Assembly (NCBI GenBank): GCA_963749915.1
Contig: CAVVOP010000008.1
Location: 160,001 to 224,000, forward strand
Length of the DNA stretch: 64,000 nt
Source: an uncultured cyanobacterium
GTDB lineage: Bacteria > Cyanobacteriota > Cyanobacteriia > Cyanobacteriales > Cyanobacteriaceae
Direction of reading: 5' to 3'
A model generated the notes under the pieces. That model saw nothing but the letters and a program-made list of their open reading frames with translations, searched no databases and was not told where the DNA came from. Both the position numbers and the translations under genes were made by a program. Below, piece after piece: positions 44,365 through 54,892 of this stretch (position 1 is the stretch's first letter; each line of letters opens with the position of its first letter).

Positions 44365-44576
44365 ATTTAACCCAAGTTGCTAGTCACAAAAATGAGCGTT
44401 CCAGAGTAAAGGGAAAAATAGACCTCTTCCAGAATAAGGGGACTAAGATAAGTAAAGGAAGATTCGAAAACCCGAAGATTCGTGAATCATACCCCTATAT
44501 ATAGAGTACCTCAGGTTCATCGTATCTAAAAAATTAAAACAAATCAAGGAATTTTTACATTAGGAATATAAAATTA

Positions 44577-47500
44577 ATGACAACAACATTTACTAATCCT
44601 ATTCCGGCAGACGTACTTAAAAATGCTCATATTATTCAACAAGATAATTTTGATAGTTGGAGTCAAGGCTATGATGTAGATGGCTATTTAAAAGTATTAC
44701 CTCATCCAGATGAAAAAATACCCTTCGATGATCCTCTTTCTAAATGGCAAGAAGACAACCAAGATTACAAAAATGGTAATTTTGTTTATGAAGCGGATGA
44801 TGGTAGTTACTTTTCTAGTTGGGGTCCCAAAGAAATTCTGGAAGTTACTCTGACCTTAGATGAATTGGAAGAAATATTGATTGATGGTTTCGGCACAATT
44901 CAGGCTGGTGAATTGATCAGTAATAATCTTGAAGAACTGACTTCCTATCAGTTTTTGAGAGCTTATAATGGCAAAATTCCCGGTCCAATGTTAATTACAG
45001 AACCGGGAGATACATTAAGAATCACCTTACAAAATAATCTTGACGATCAGGTAACTAATCTGCATACCCATGGGTTACATGTTTCGCCAATGGGTAATGG
45101 GGATAATGTTTTAATTGCTGCTGATCCGGGTGATGATTGGGTAGTAGAAATTGAGATCCCAGAAAATCATTTTATTGGCCCTGACTGGTACCATCCTCAT
45201 CTTCATGGCACAGTTAATTTACAAGTATCTTCTGGGTTAGCAGGTTATTTATTAATCAATCCACCCCATGATTTGCCTGATTTGGAGAAATTTGATCCCG
45301 TAACTCAACCATCTTTCTTCATGGCGTTGAATACTTTTGGGATTCAACAGATTGACAGAACTAGTGCTCCTGATGATCCTCTTAACCAATCAGATCCAGA
45401 AATTCTAATTCCCGCAGGTACTCCTTTGGAGGAATTAGAAGAAAACGTATTTAGCCTTTCTGACGCTCCTTATGTTGGTTATAATGCCAAACCCATTTTC
45501 TATGATCCTCAATCTCCAGCAGGGGGTTTTACGGAGTTTGGTCCTTTATTTCGTTATGGAGATGGAACTCACGGTGAAGCAACGGAAAATGTTATTCATA
45601 CGGTAAATGGTCAATATAATCCAACCATGGAAGTTGGTACTGGTGAATGGACTTTATTTTCTTTTGCCAATATGAGTGTCAATTCATTTCATGTAATTCA
45701 ACTAATTAAAGAAGATGAACAAGGCAATCTTTCCCTAGAGGAAGTCCAATTAGTTGCCATTGATGGGGATGCAGCTGGGGTAGTAGAAGACATCAGAAGA
45801 AATGTAACTGAAACACCCATTGTTAACCCCGGATCTCGTATCTCAGTTCAACATATATTTGATGAACCAGGTAAATATTATTTTCTTTCCAATGCCACAG
45901 AAGAACTTTTGGGTGATGATGCCCCTATCTTAACCAGTGCCAAAGGATTTAATGATGGTCATGTAATCTGGGGTTCTCAGGTATTGGGTACTGTTGAGGT
46001 GACAGGAGAGGAAATACCTCCTGAGCAACTTCCTCCTTTTCCCGAACCTTATGATGTTTTAGTTGAGCAAAGTGACAAAATTAATGAGCTTGTTGATTCT
46101 GCTTTAGCTGGAGATTTTGACGAGGAAAGAACTTTTGTTTGGGATGCCAATTTTGGTGGGGCCACTCAACAGCCAGGAGAAGATCCTATTACTTTTGAGG
46201 GGATTTACACTATTAACGGAGAATTTTTTGCCACTAGTGGCGGAGGAATGCCTGCTTTAACTATGCCCATGGTCGGTACTTCTGAAGTTTGGAATATAGT
46301 GAATAGTTCTGGAGTGAGTAATCCCGAATATGCAGAACAAGGAAGAGATTTTCCTTTGACAGAGTGGCATCCTTTCCATATCCACCAAAATGATTTTGTT
46401 GTTTTGGAAATTAACGGTATTCCCGTTGAAGAAATGGAACAGAATTATTTGGCGAGAGTATTAAGTGATACCATCGCTTTACCTCCAAGTCATGCACCTG
46501 GTTCTGCGACTCCTGAAAATCCTTTTGGAATAACTCAATTTAATGGTGATCCTTCTGTGGTCAAAATTTTAATGGAATTTGCCGATTTCCCTGGTAGCTA
46601 TGTTAATCACTGTCATATTCTCTTTCATGAGGATGCAGGAATGATGGCGGTAGTTCGGGTAATTTTAAATACGAATGATACTTGGCTTAGTTTAAGTACT
46701 GATAACGGTAATTTTATTCGTTTATTCACAGCTAGTAATACCAATCAAAACGTCAGACTAAATGCCTACAATTTCAGTGACGGTGTTGATGTAGCGATCG
46801 CCGATGTTAACTATAAAAATAATCTTGGTGCGGGAAATACAAATGTTACTGATAACGTCACCGATGTAGTAACAATTCAAAAACAATTAACGAGTCTCGA
46901 TCAACAATTTACCGTTAAAGTGTTTGATGGTGAATCAATGTTTCAACAAACGGAAGCAGGAGCAAGTATATTACAAGGGGATGACTCTAATCTTTTACTG
47001 GCGGAGATTAGACCCTTTGCCAATATTACACCAACTTTAGACCAAACAGCATCTATAGCTAGTGGAGATGTCAACGGTGATGGTTTTGCTGATATTATGG
47101 CTGCTCTCGGTGGAGGAATTCAACCTCTAATTGAAATATATAGCGGTCAAGATTATAGTTTAATGGCACAACTTAATCTTTTCCATCATGGCGGTTTTAC
47201 CGGTACGATTAATGTTTCTTCTGGGGATATTAATGGAGATAACTTTGATGACATTCTTGTTGCCCAAGGAGCAGGAGGAGAAGGTAAAGTTGAAGCCTAT
47301 AGCGGTATTCTTTTAGATGGTTTAATCCGCTCTGGGGAAATTACCGATTTAAGTGGTAATGATGTAGCTCATGAAACGGCTATGTTCTCCGAGGCCTTTC
47401 AACCGTATGGTGACTCCTATACTGGAGAAATAGAAATTACCTCTGGCTATGTTTTACAAACTCCTGAAATCCCCAATGATAGCCCCTCTCAAACCAATGC

Positions 47501-48266
47501 AGCAAACATTACTACTGTGGCGATCGGTGATTTACCCGCAGGGCAAGAACCAGTTAAAATTCATAGTTTTCTCGGTGGTGGACATCACAGTAGTTCTGAC
47601 CATTCAGGAGATAATGCAGAAGGTGCTCCTGAAATTCGCCTAGATAAGGAGTTTACTCCCTCAGGCAATATTGAAGAAATTGCTGGTACTTTTGCCGATA
47701 TTAATGGCGATCGCGGACAAGGTGTTTTATTTACTCAGGATGGTCAGGGTAATAATAAATTAATTCATTTACAAGAGCAAAATATTCCCGAAGAGATAAC
47801 CGTCGAGTCTCCTGTCACCGATCTTTTTGATAGTCCTTTTTATCGTTTCCAAAACAAAGATATTCCCAGTACTTATCTTTATGCGGGAGAACAAGAAGCT
47901 CAAAATATACGCCAAAATTTTCCCAATTTTCAAGAGGAAGGTTTTGCTTTTAATGCCTCAGTTACTCCCAATGATGAGTTAATCTCTTTGTACCGTTTCC
48001 AAAATATGAATTTACCCGGTACTTATCTTTATGTAGGGGAACAAGAACGTCAAAGTGTTTTAGCCAACTTTCCTAATTTTACCGAGGAAGGATTGGCGTT
48101 TTACGCTTTCGGTGCCGATGCAAACAAAGGACAAGATATCTACCGTTTCCAAAATATAAATTTACCCGGTACTTATCTCTATGTAGGAGAACAAGAACGT
48201 CAAAGTGTTTTAGCTAATTTTCCTAATTTTGTAGAAGAGGGTATAGCTTTTGAAGTTCTAACATAA
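44577..48266 (+). CDS. Multicopper oxidase with FG-GAP-like repeats and C-terminal triple YRFQN repeat domain
   Basis: HTHG, WYHPH, HPFHIH, HCHILFHEDAGM copper motifs; GDVNGDGFAD and GDINGDNFDD repeats. Confidence 0.9.
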   Translation: MTTTFTNPIPADVLKNAHIIQQDNFDSWSQGYDVDGYLKVLPHPDEKIPFDDPLSKWQEDNQDYKNGNFVYEADDGSYFSSWGPKEILEVTLTLDELEEILIDGFGTIQAGELISNNLEELTSYQFLRAYNGKIPGPMLITEPGDTLRITLQNNLDDQVTNLHTHGLHVSPMGNGDNVLIAADPGDDWVVEIEIPENHFIGPDWYHPHLHGTVNLQVSSGLAGYLLINPPHDLPDLEKFDPVTQPSFFMALNTFGIQQIDRTSAPDDPLNQSDPEILIPAGTPLEELEENVFSLSDAPYVGYNAKPIFYDPQSPAGGFTEFGPLFRYGDGTHGEATENVIHTVNGQYNPTMEVGTGEWTLFSFANMSVNSFHVIQLIKEDEQGNLSLEEVQLVAIDGDAAGVVEDIRRNVTETPIVNPGSRISVQHIFDEPGKYYFLSNATEELLGDDAPILTSAKGFNDGHVIWGSQVLGTVEVTGEEIPPEQLPPFPEPYDVLVEQSDKINELVDSALAGDFDEERTFVWDANFGGATQQPGEDPITFEGIYTINGEFFATSGGGMPALTMPMVGTSEVWNIVNSSGVSNPEYAEQGRDFPLTEWHPFHIHQNDFVVLEINGIPVEEMEQNYLARVLSDTIALPPSHAPGSATPENPFGITQFNGDPSVVKILMEFADFPGSYVNHCHILFHEDAGMMAVVRVILNTNDTWLSLSTDNGNFIRLFTASNTNQNVRLNAYNFSDGVDVAIADVNYKNNLGAGNTNVTDNVTDVVTIQKQLTSLDQQFTVKVFDGESMFQQTEAGASILQGDDSNLLLAEIRPFANITPTLDQTASIASGDVNGDGFADIMAALGGGIQPLIEIYSGQDYSLMAQLNLFHHGGFTGTINVSSGDINGDNFDDILVAQGAGGEGKVEAYSGILLDGLIRSGEITDLSGNDVAHETAMFSEAFQPYGDSYTGEIEITSGYVLQTPEIPNDSPSQTNAANITTVAIGDLPAGQEPVKIHSFLGGGHHSSSDHSGDNAEGAPEIRLDKEFTPSGNIEEIAGTFADINGDRGQGVLFTQDGQGNNKLIHLQEQNIPEEITVESPVTDLFDSPFYRFQNKDIPSTYLYAGEQEAQNIRQNFPNFQEEGFAFNASVTPNDELISLYRFQNMNLPGTYLYVGEQERQSVLANFPNFTEEGLAFYAFGADANKGQDIYRFQNINLPGTYLYVGEQERQSVLANFPNFVEEGIAFEVLT

Positions 48267-48564
48267 ATTTAACCTAAGTTGCTAATTACAAAAATGATCT
48301 TTCTAGTGGTCTATCAATTTTGTAATGAGGGATAGGAGAATTCTCAATACTGGGAGGGTTTTGGAAAATATAATTGTCGGCGGTTATCGAGCGAAGTCGA
48401 GATGTGAAAGGCGCACTTGGTAGAGCACCAGAGGGCAGATTACTATCATTAGTTTCTGACCCTTATTTTGCGGGGAAAATCTTCTTTTTTTGAATTTTGA
48501 ATTTTGAATTTCCCCGTCAGGGGCTTATTACTTATTACTTCGTCCCAACGACAACGTTAGTTAA

Positions 48565-49320
48565 CTACATCATCACTTGCCGTGCTATTTCTATAAACTT
48601 TTGAGTTATAGGATGAGTTGGATATTTGAGACAAAATACACCCTCACTTGCCAGTTGGGCAATATCCTCAGACAGGGGAAAAATACCCACCACAGGGATA
48701 TTATAGGCTTCTTCAACCTTTTGCTTAAGAGCATCAAAATTCATGGTAGTTAACGCCTTATTAATCACCAAAAGCATTTTTTTCACCTTTAACTGTTTAG
48801 CGACATCTATGGTTACCGCCGTGCCCTGATAATCCTGTTTATCAGGACGCAACAGTAAAATTAAAACATGGGAAATAGCAATAGATAAAAAAGTTTGCTT
48901 TGATAAACCAGGGTGGGTATCAATCACAAGATAATCTAACTGTAATTCCCTAACTAAAAGGCGAAAACCGTCATTCAGCAACCTGACATCGAAACCATCC
49001 GAAAGAATCCTCGCTATGTCATCAGCTTTCACACTGGAAGGTACCAGAAAAACCTTACCATCACCCTTGAGATTAATTTTGTCACTGACATCATAAGCCG
49101 CATCTTCAATATTCGCCTGTCCCCAAAGGTAGTTATTAAGGGTTGTTGCCACTTGTTGCAGTTCTAAGTTAAAAATATTGTGAATACCAGGAGATTGAAT
49201 ATCTGTGTCCACGACACCAACTCGATAACCTTGTAAAGCGAGTGTTGTTGCAAGATTAGCAGAAAAATTTGATTTTCCTGTTCCGCCTCTGTAAGAGTGA
49301 ATTGAAATAACTTTGGGCAT
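48565..49320 (-). CDS. MinD/ParA family ATPase
   Basis: SYRGGTGKSN deviant Walker A, VDTDIQSPG, IDTHPG. Confidence 0.9.
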   Translation of the reverse strand: MPKVISIHSYRGGTGKSNFSANLATTLALQGYRVGVVDTDIQSPGIHNIFNLELQQVATTLNNYLWGQANIEDAAYDVSDKINLKGDGKVFLVPSSVKADDIARILSDGFDVRLLNDGFRLLVRELQLDYLVIDTHPGLSKQTFLSIAISHVLILLLRPDKQDYQGTAVTIDVAKQLKVKKMLLVINKALTTMNFDALKQKVEEAYNIPVVGIFPLSEDIAQLASEGVFCLKYPTHPITQKFIEIARQVMM

Positions 49321-49474
49321 AAGAATTCTATTATTTGATGTTTACAATTAAGCTGGGATTATTTACTTAAGTATTTTAAGTCATTAATTTAGAACACAAT
49401 CTTCAAAATGAGCTAACGGTGAGATATTAATTTAACTGTCCACATTATGCAGCTTTTCGATCTGACTCTTCGCC

Positions 49475-52132
49475 CTATTTTCTCCTTAAATCTTGACACT
49501 TTGGATGTTTAAACAAGGAAGCCTCCTGGGGCAATGCCGCGACTAACTCTACCTCTCCATCTTGGTTAATGACCCAGCCGTTGACTTGCACAATTGATGT
49601 TGGAACTTGCTGACGGGACTGCTTTTTCACAGGAGGTAAATCTTCCCCGGTGTCTAATTCAGTAAAGTCTCGTAAATCAGGTAAAATTGTTTGTCCCCGA
49701 ATTGTAGTGGTGGGATCTTCTGGTAAACCACCTCTACCAGTGACAGTAAAAGAGTTTCCCTCAGCCCCTGCACAACCGGCAATCACGCGATCGCCGGGCT
49801 CGGTAGTTTGATCAGGCAATTCAACTAATCCGGAGGTGGGATCGACATCGGGGTTATTAATAGCAACAGTCCCCGCCAAACCAAATTCAGAAGAAGTGGT
49901 GATGTCACTGCGTGGTGTTTGTTCTGGGCGAAATTCGATGCCGAAGAGCCCATTAGCAGTAATGTCAACATTCCCGCCATTGCCCTCAAAAGCATTAGCT
50001 GTAATATCGCTATTTTCAAAAGGGGGAGCAATAATAAAGGGAGCATTAATAGTGAGATTACCACCATTGCCACCACCGCCCTCAGTACCAGCAGCAGCAG
50101 AAATTTGACTATTATTAATCAAGTTAACTTGTTCAGCAATTTCTAAGGTCAGATTACCTCCTTGTCCAGAGGTGGTAGTTCCTGTAATTAAACCACGATC
50201 TAAAAATAGAGAATTAGCAGTAATTAATATGTCTCCAGCATTTCCTATCTTAGTACTATTAACAGCAACTTCAGCTCCATCTCGAACAGTTAAATTATCA
50301 GTATTAATAATTAAGCTGCCAGCATTTGAAGATCCAAAGCTACTGGTACTCAAGTTACTTGGAAGCTTACCATCCCTCGGTGAAAAAGAAAAACCACTGA
50401 CTTCCACCAACTCAGATGCGTTAATGAAGACATCTCCCGCTTCTCCCGTCGCAAATGTAGTCGCTTGAACGGTACCGCCATCCCGAATAATTAATCTCTG
50501 TGTATTTATAGTGAGAGACTGTGCATCCCCAGACCCTGTGGCCGCTGTCCAAAGAAGGCTTCTAGAAATATCCAAATTGTTTGGTATGTAGAATTTTGAC
50601 GTGCCTAATACTTCCACAGAATCTGACGCATTCACGGTTATTGTGCCACCATCTCCACTAAAAAGTGGGTTGGTTAAGAGTTGAGCACCATCACGAATAC
50701 TTAAGCGTCCAGTATCGATGATGATATTGCCAGCATTTCCAAAACCGACACTGGTAGAGGAGACGAGACTACCACTAGCCGATGATCTAAAAGCGGGCTC
50801 CCTAAATCCAGGAACATCAAAACCAAAGGGAAGAAATCTTTCTGGGACAAAACCGAGGGGTATTGCTTGACCGATTATTTCTAATGATTCAGTAGCACGG
50901 ATAGATATATCTCCTCCTCTACCTTCACCAAAGCTAAAGGCAGCAATCTCAGCTCCAAGATCAACAATCACCTTTTTTGTTTCAATAGTTATATTCCCTG
51001 CTTGCCCTTTACTAAATGAGGCCGTCGATATGCTCGTTTTACGGGGAATAATAATTCCAGCTCCAGACAATCGAGGATCAATAAGATCATCGACTAAAGT
51101 ATTTCCCAATACTTGCAAAGATTCAGTTGCATGGATTGATAGAGTTTCGCCGGGATTTTCTCCCAAGGTATACGAGCGAATCTGAGATCCTTCACTCATT
51201 ATCACATTTCTTCCTTGTAATTGGATGCCACCGCCCCCGTTTCCACTGGCATCAATGACAGCTAAGTTAGATATTTGAATATCTTGGAAGTTATCGACCC
51301 CTTCGTAGCTCAAATTCAGGACTTGGGGATTTTGAATAGATTGAGCTATCTGGACTTGATTATTAGCTCCTACTGCTCCTACCTCAATACGTCCACCAGG
51401 AGTCTGGACATTCAGTTCTAAACCATCACTACCCACTAAGGTTGCCCCAACCTTAGACAAATCAATAGTTCCCGCTGCCGCTGAAAGCTGACCGCCCTCT
51501 ATTCTGACTTCTCCTCCCACTAGAGCTAAGGTTCTTCCGGGTTGTACTTGAAGTCCCACAACGGTCTCTTTCCCATCATCCCCAACTTGAGTTGCTTGGG
51601 AACGATTGATAATGGTTCCGGGAGTAGCATTAAACCGTAAACCAATAGGTACACTGACTGTCAGTAGCGGTGTAACCTCAGATTTGGTGGCACTAAAAAT
51701 GTTGCCATCTGCAAATAGCAAGCTATCAGCAGTAGTACTTAAGAAAGATCCACCGATATTCAGTGTGGCATTATGACCAAAAATGATGCCACTAGGATTG
51801 ATCAAAAACAAATTCGCTGTACCATTAGCTTTTATAACTCCGTCAATATGAGAAATTTGCCCTCCAGTGACCCGAGTGATAATATTATCAATGGCAAGGG
51901 CATTGTCGAAGAAGGCAGTGTTGCCAGTCAAAACAGAAAACTCTCTGAGGCTATGAAACAGATTTCTCCCGGCAGTTGTTCCTCCGGTAATCTGCTGAAT
52001 TTCTTCCTTGATTTGGACCACAGAGTTATTAGGTAGACTATTGTCAGGAATAACTTGGGCAAGTACCATAGAAGGCATTGCCCAAGTGGCAAAAAAGGCA
52101 AGAAACAGCAATTGATAAATAGTCGATGGCAT
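49475..52132 (-). CDS. Filamentous-haemagglutinin-N (TPS) domain beta-helical exoprotein
   Basis: Signal peptide, NLFHSLREF, LINPSGIIFG TPS motif, G.AG.I.I repeats, C-terminal GWVINQDGEVELVA. Confidence 0.9.
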   Translation of the reverse strand: MPSTIYQLLFLAFFATWAMPSMVLAQVIPDNSLPNNSVVQIKEEIQQITGGTTAGRNLFHSLREFSVLTGNTAFFDNALAIDNIITRVTGGQISHIDGVIKANGTANLFLINPSGIIFGHNATLNIGGSFLSTTADSLLFADGNIFSATKSEVTPLLTVSVPIGLRFNATPGTIINRSQATQVGDDGKETVVGLQVQPGRTLALVGGEVRIEGGQLSAAAGTIDLSKVGATLVGSDGLELNVQTPGGRIEVGAVGANNQVQIAQSIQNPQVLNLSYEGVDNFQDIQISNLAVIDASGNGGGGIQLQGRNVIMSEGSQIRSYTLGENPGETLSIHATESLQVLGNTLVDDLIDPRLSGAGIIIPRKTSISTASFSKGQAGNITIETKKVIVDLGAEIAAFSFGEGRGGDISIRATESLEIIGQAIPLGFVPERFLPFGFDVPGFREPAFRSSASGSLVSSTSVGFGNAGNIIIDTGRLSIRDGAQLLTNPLFSGDGGTITVNASDSVEVLGTSKFYIPNNLDISRSLLWTAATGSGDAQSLTINTQRLIIRDGGTVQATTFATGEAGDVFINASELVEVSGFSFSPRDGKLPSNLSTSSFGSSNAGSLIINTDNLTVRDGAEVAVNSTKIGNAGDILITANSLFLDRGLITGTTTSGQGGNLTLEIAEQVNLINNSQISAAAGTEGGGGNGGNLTINAPFIIAPPFENSDITANAFEGNGGNVDITANGLFGIEFRPEQTPRSDITTSSEFGLAGTVAINNPDVDPTSGLVELPDQTTEPGDRVIAGCAGAEGNSFTVTGRGGLPEDPTTTIRGQTILPDLRDFTELDTGEDLPPVKKQSRQQVPTSIVQVNGWVINQDGEVELVAALPQEASLFKHPKCQDLRRK

Positions 52133-52162
52133 TTGTATCTAAGGAACTGGATCTGATTCAGA

Positions 52163-52549
52163 TTATGGTTTAATAAATGAGAATTGTCGGCTCAAAAACT
52201 GCGTTTCGGTTTGTGGATATCCAGGATTGTTAGCATCTTCCAAAAAATACTGGATATTCGACTTTAAAAAACTGACAAATGCTTGACTGTTGATATGATG
52301 ACTAAGTGCCTCCGCACTTGAGTAACTCTCTATAAATACAATTTCTTCTTGCTCATTCAGTGGTATTGGATCTGGGGGAAGATCTTTTGGTTTACCAGTG
52401 TTGTCCACCGGAAAAGGAGCTTGTAAACTAACTAAATACATCAACACTCCAGGCTGAAACTGAGTATTCTCTGTTAGATTTTTTAACGCTGCGATGAGTT
52501 CTGGAGGACAACCGTTTTTAAGTTTCCAGTTGGATACCACAGTAATCAT
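52163..52549 (-). CDS. Antibiotic-biosynthesis-monooxygenase-like (dimeric alpha/beta barrel) protein
   Basis: QPGVLMY..FIESYSSAEALSHHINS. Confidence 0.65.
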   Translation of the reverse strand: MITVVSNWKLKNGCPPELIAALKNLTENTQFQPGVLMYLVSLQAPFPVDNTGKPKDLPPDPIPLNEQEEIVFIESYSSAEALSHHINSQAFVSFLKSNIQYFLEDANNPGYPQTETQFLSRQFSFIKP

Positions 52550-52564
52550 TTTTCTTTCCTATGA

Positions 52565-54817
52565 TTAAAAGTGGGGGTAAACATCTTTTTCAAATAAGGT
52601 TTTGATAGCTTCCGAATCCATTTTTTCCACAGACTTCTGATAATCGCAACGCACGCTATAATCTTTTCTCTCTGGGGGAGTTTCTAGTTTACTCAACCAA
52701 GTTGTATGAATAGTTACTCCCATATTGAGCTGAGGATGGCTGAGTCGGTAGCTTGGACCACTCTTGAGGTTTTTAGCATCAAAAATCCAAAGTTCACTTT
52801 TGTTGGCTAGACAATTATCAGAGGGAATAACAGTGCAGACAATGTAACCCTCTGTGGGATCGTCAGTTCCCAGACGTGGGACAAACTGGGGTGAGTTACC
52901 AAGAAAGCCGGGGGGAAAATTGTAAATGTCTGCGATCGTTAATTTAGTGGGAGAAGATTCTGTGCGATCGATGTGCATTCTCAGCAAATTAGCCGGCTTA
53001 CCTTTTTTAATGGTCTCGACTACTTCCTCTACTGAAACCAGTCGTTCTTCGTAGTTGTTGTACATTTCAAAGATTGACTCACTCAGAAGTTCTTGCCAGC
53101 CTCCCCAACAATTGAAGTAGATATCGGTGAACTGATTGGGCTGAAATCCTTGCCAGGCATAGAGTGATATTGCCCAAAGATGTTGAGAACATTGATCGTC
53201 AGAAACAAACACAGATTGACAAGTTTCTTTTTCTACATCAATGCTCCAAGAACCGATACGGCTTGCATCCATGGGAGCAACAAACATTCCTGCCCGCTCC
53301 CTCAATTCTTCGGTAACTTTTTCATCTTTGTAATAAGAGTTCTCATCTAGGTGGAGAAACTCGGCCGGATCTGTAGCCGCAGTATGAGCCACATGCAGAA
53401 TTATTTTGCCATCAGGATTTTCGTAATCTACCAGAAAATGGGCTGTTTCAGGAACAATTTTTACCTCCTTTGCCTTAACAGTTTTAACTCCTTGTTTCAG
53501 TTTATCACGGGGAATAATATAGATCCGGGTATAGGGTAATTGAGGATAGCTGAGGTATTCGTGAATTGAGCTTAGATACCGCCCGATATCTTTGAGGAAT
53601 AGATTTTTGCTATTAAAACTGGGAAGTAAGTCTTCCAAGACTAGCTTAAAAGCTGAGTCCGCTAGTAAGACATAGTCCTTAGTTATGCCCATCTGATGCA
53701 GGCTCTGCTTAATTTTGACTCGGCGACCGTTCGACCTCAAAACCTGCCATTCTTCCACTCCAGTGCCTTCTCCTTTCCAGCGCTTAAGATAAACAGCATC
53801 AAGCTGCTTAATTCTTAACAAATCCAAAAATTCCTCTAGGAGGAATTCGAGAAATTTTACCGATAGAATTAGCCCCTTAACTAAACGATTAAACCACTTT
53901 TTGAGGAAAAGGACTTTGATATATTTATCGGCAAATTCTCGGGCATAAAAACTCAATAGTCTCGATATCCAAAAGAAATTGCGTAATGACTTGCTCCCAT
54001 TAACTGTGAACATTTCATTGTTGTGGGTATCAAAAGCAGGGTGGGCTGAACTCAGGGTGAGGGGGAAAATTTCCTCTAAGACTTTCTGCACAACAGGGAT
54101 CAAAGGATGCCACTGACAATTCCAGCCAATCGGTCCCACAAGTCCGAGAGTCCGGGGATCGATCTCGTAGGGACGACCTACATCCCAAGTTACTAACAAC
54201 CTTTCGGTTCCATCAGAAAATTTCATGGGTAGAAAGGCTGTATTGAGAAAGTTGCGAGCACCAAGTTTAACAGATGCCCTACTTAAGAAAAAATTATAAA
54301 ACTGAAGTTTGGGATATTCCTGAGGCCACTTTTTCTTGTATTCGTTCTCATCGCCATGCTGCCAAAGCGCTAAATCAGCGTAGTGATCTGGAGTTCTGAC
54401 AATTCGGGTAGCCATCCAAGCTTTGCCTATTTCAGGGCTGGGGTTATGAGGGTTTTGGTGGAAATCCAAGCGATAAATCATTCCCTCACCATTGATCAGG
54501 GAATTGCGAATTTGAGGATTCTGAGGATCTTTAACGGGTTCAACAACATCGGGAGATCCTTCATATTTTGGGGAACCAAAATAACCTACCGCTCCTACGA
54601 TGAATACATGACCGTGCAAATCAGCGGGAAGTTGACCTAACTCCCAGCATTTGTCCGACAAGATATCTTCGGGGGAACAGTCCTTAGATTCGGTTTCTGT
54701 TCGTCTTTTTTGTACTATCAGTTCTAGTGGCTTTTGGTAAAACTCTTCTCGACTAACGGAAAAAACAGCTTTGGGTAATCTCGGTGATTTTGGAGGATCC
54801 ACACTAAATTTTGTCAT
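52565..54817 (-). CDS. Carotenoid/lignostilbene cleavage dioxygenase family protein (long form)
   Basis: NGEGMIY, NTA, GRPYEIDP; four His candidates SAHP, SLHQ, TAHF, TIHTTW. Confidence 0.85.
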   Translation of the reverse strand: MTKFSVDPPKSPRLPKAVFSVSREEFYQKPLELIVQKRRTETESKDCSPEDILSDKCWELGQLPADLHGHVFIVGAVGYFGSPKYEGSPDVVEPVKDPQNPQIRNSLINGEGMIYRLDFHQNPHNPSPEIGKAWMATRIVRTPDHYADLALWQHGDENEYKKKWPQEYPKLQFYNFFLSRASVKLGARNFLNTAFLPMKFSDGTERLLVTWDVGRPYEIDPRTLGLVGPIGWNCQWHPLIPVVQKVLEEIFPLTLSSAHPAFDTHNNEMFTVNGSKSLRNFFWISRLLSFYAREFADKYIKVLFLKKWFNRLVKGLILSVKFLEFLLEEFLDLLRIKQLDAVYLKRWKGEGTGVEEWQVLRSNGRRVKIKQSLHQMGITKDYVLLADSAFKLVLEDLLPSFNSKNLFLKDIGRYLSSIHEYLSYPQLPYTRIYIIPRDKLKQGVKTVKAKEVKIVPETAHFLVDYENPDGKIILHVAHTAATDPAEFLHLDENSYYKDEKVTEELRERAGMFVAPMDASRIGSWSIDVEKETCQSVFVSDDQCSQHLWAISLYAWQGFQPNQFTDIYFNCWGGWQELLSESIFEMYNNYEERLVSVEEVVETIKKGKPANLLRMHIDRTESSPTKLTIADIYNFPPGFLGNSPQFVPRLGTDDPTEGYIVCTVIPSDNCLANKSELWIFDAKNLKSGPSYRLSHPQLNMGVTIHTTWLSKLETPPERKDYSVRCDYQKSVEKMDSEAIKTLFEKDVYPHF

Positions 54818-54892
54818 GAATCTTTTTTTATATCTACTTAAGATATCAATTTAACTGTTTATATTATGCAGCTTTTTGGTCTTAACTTTTCG

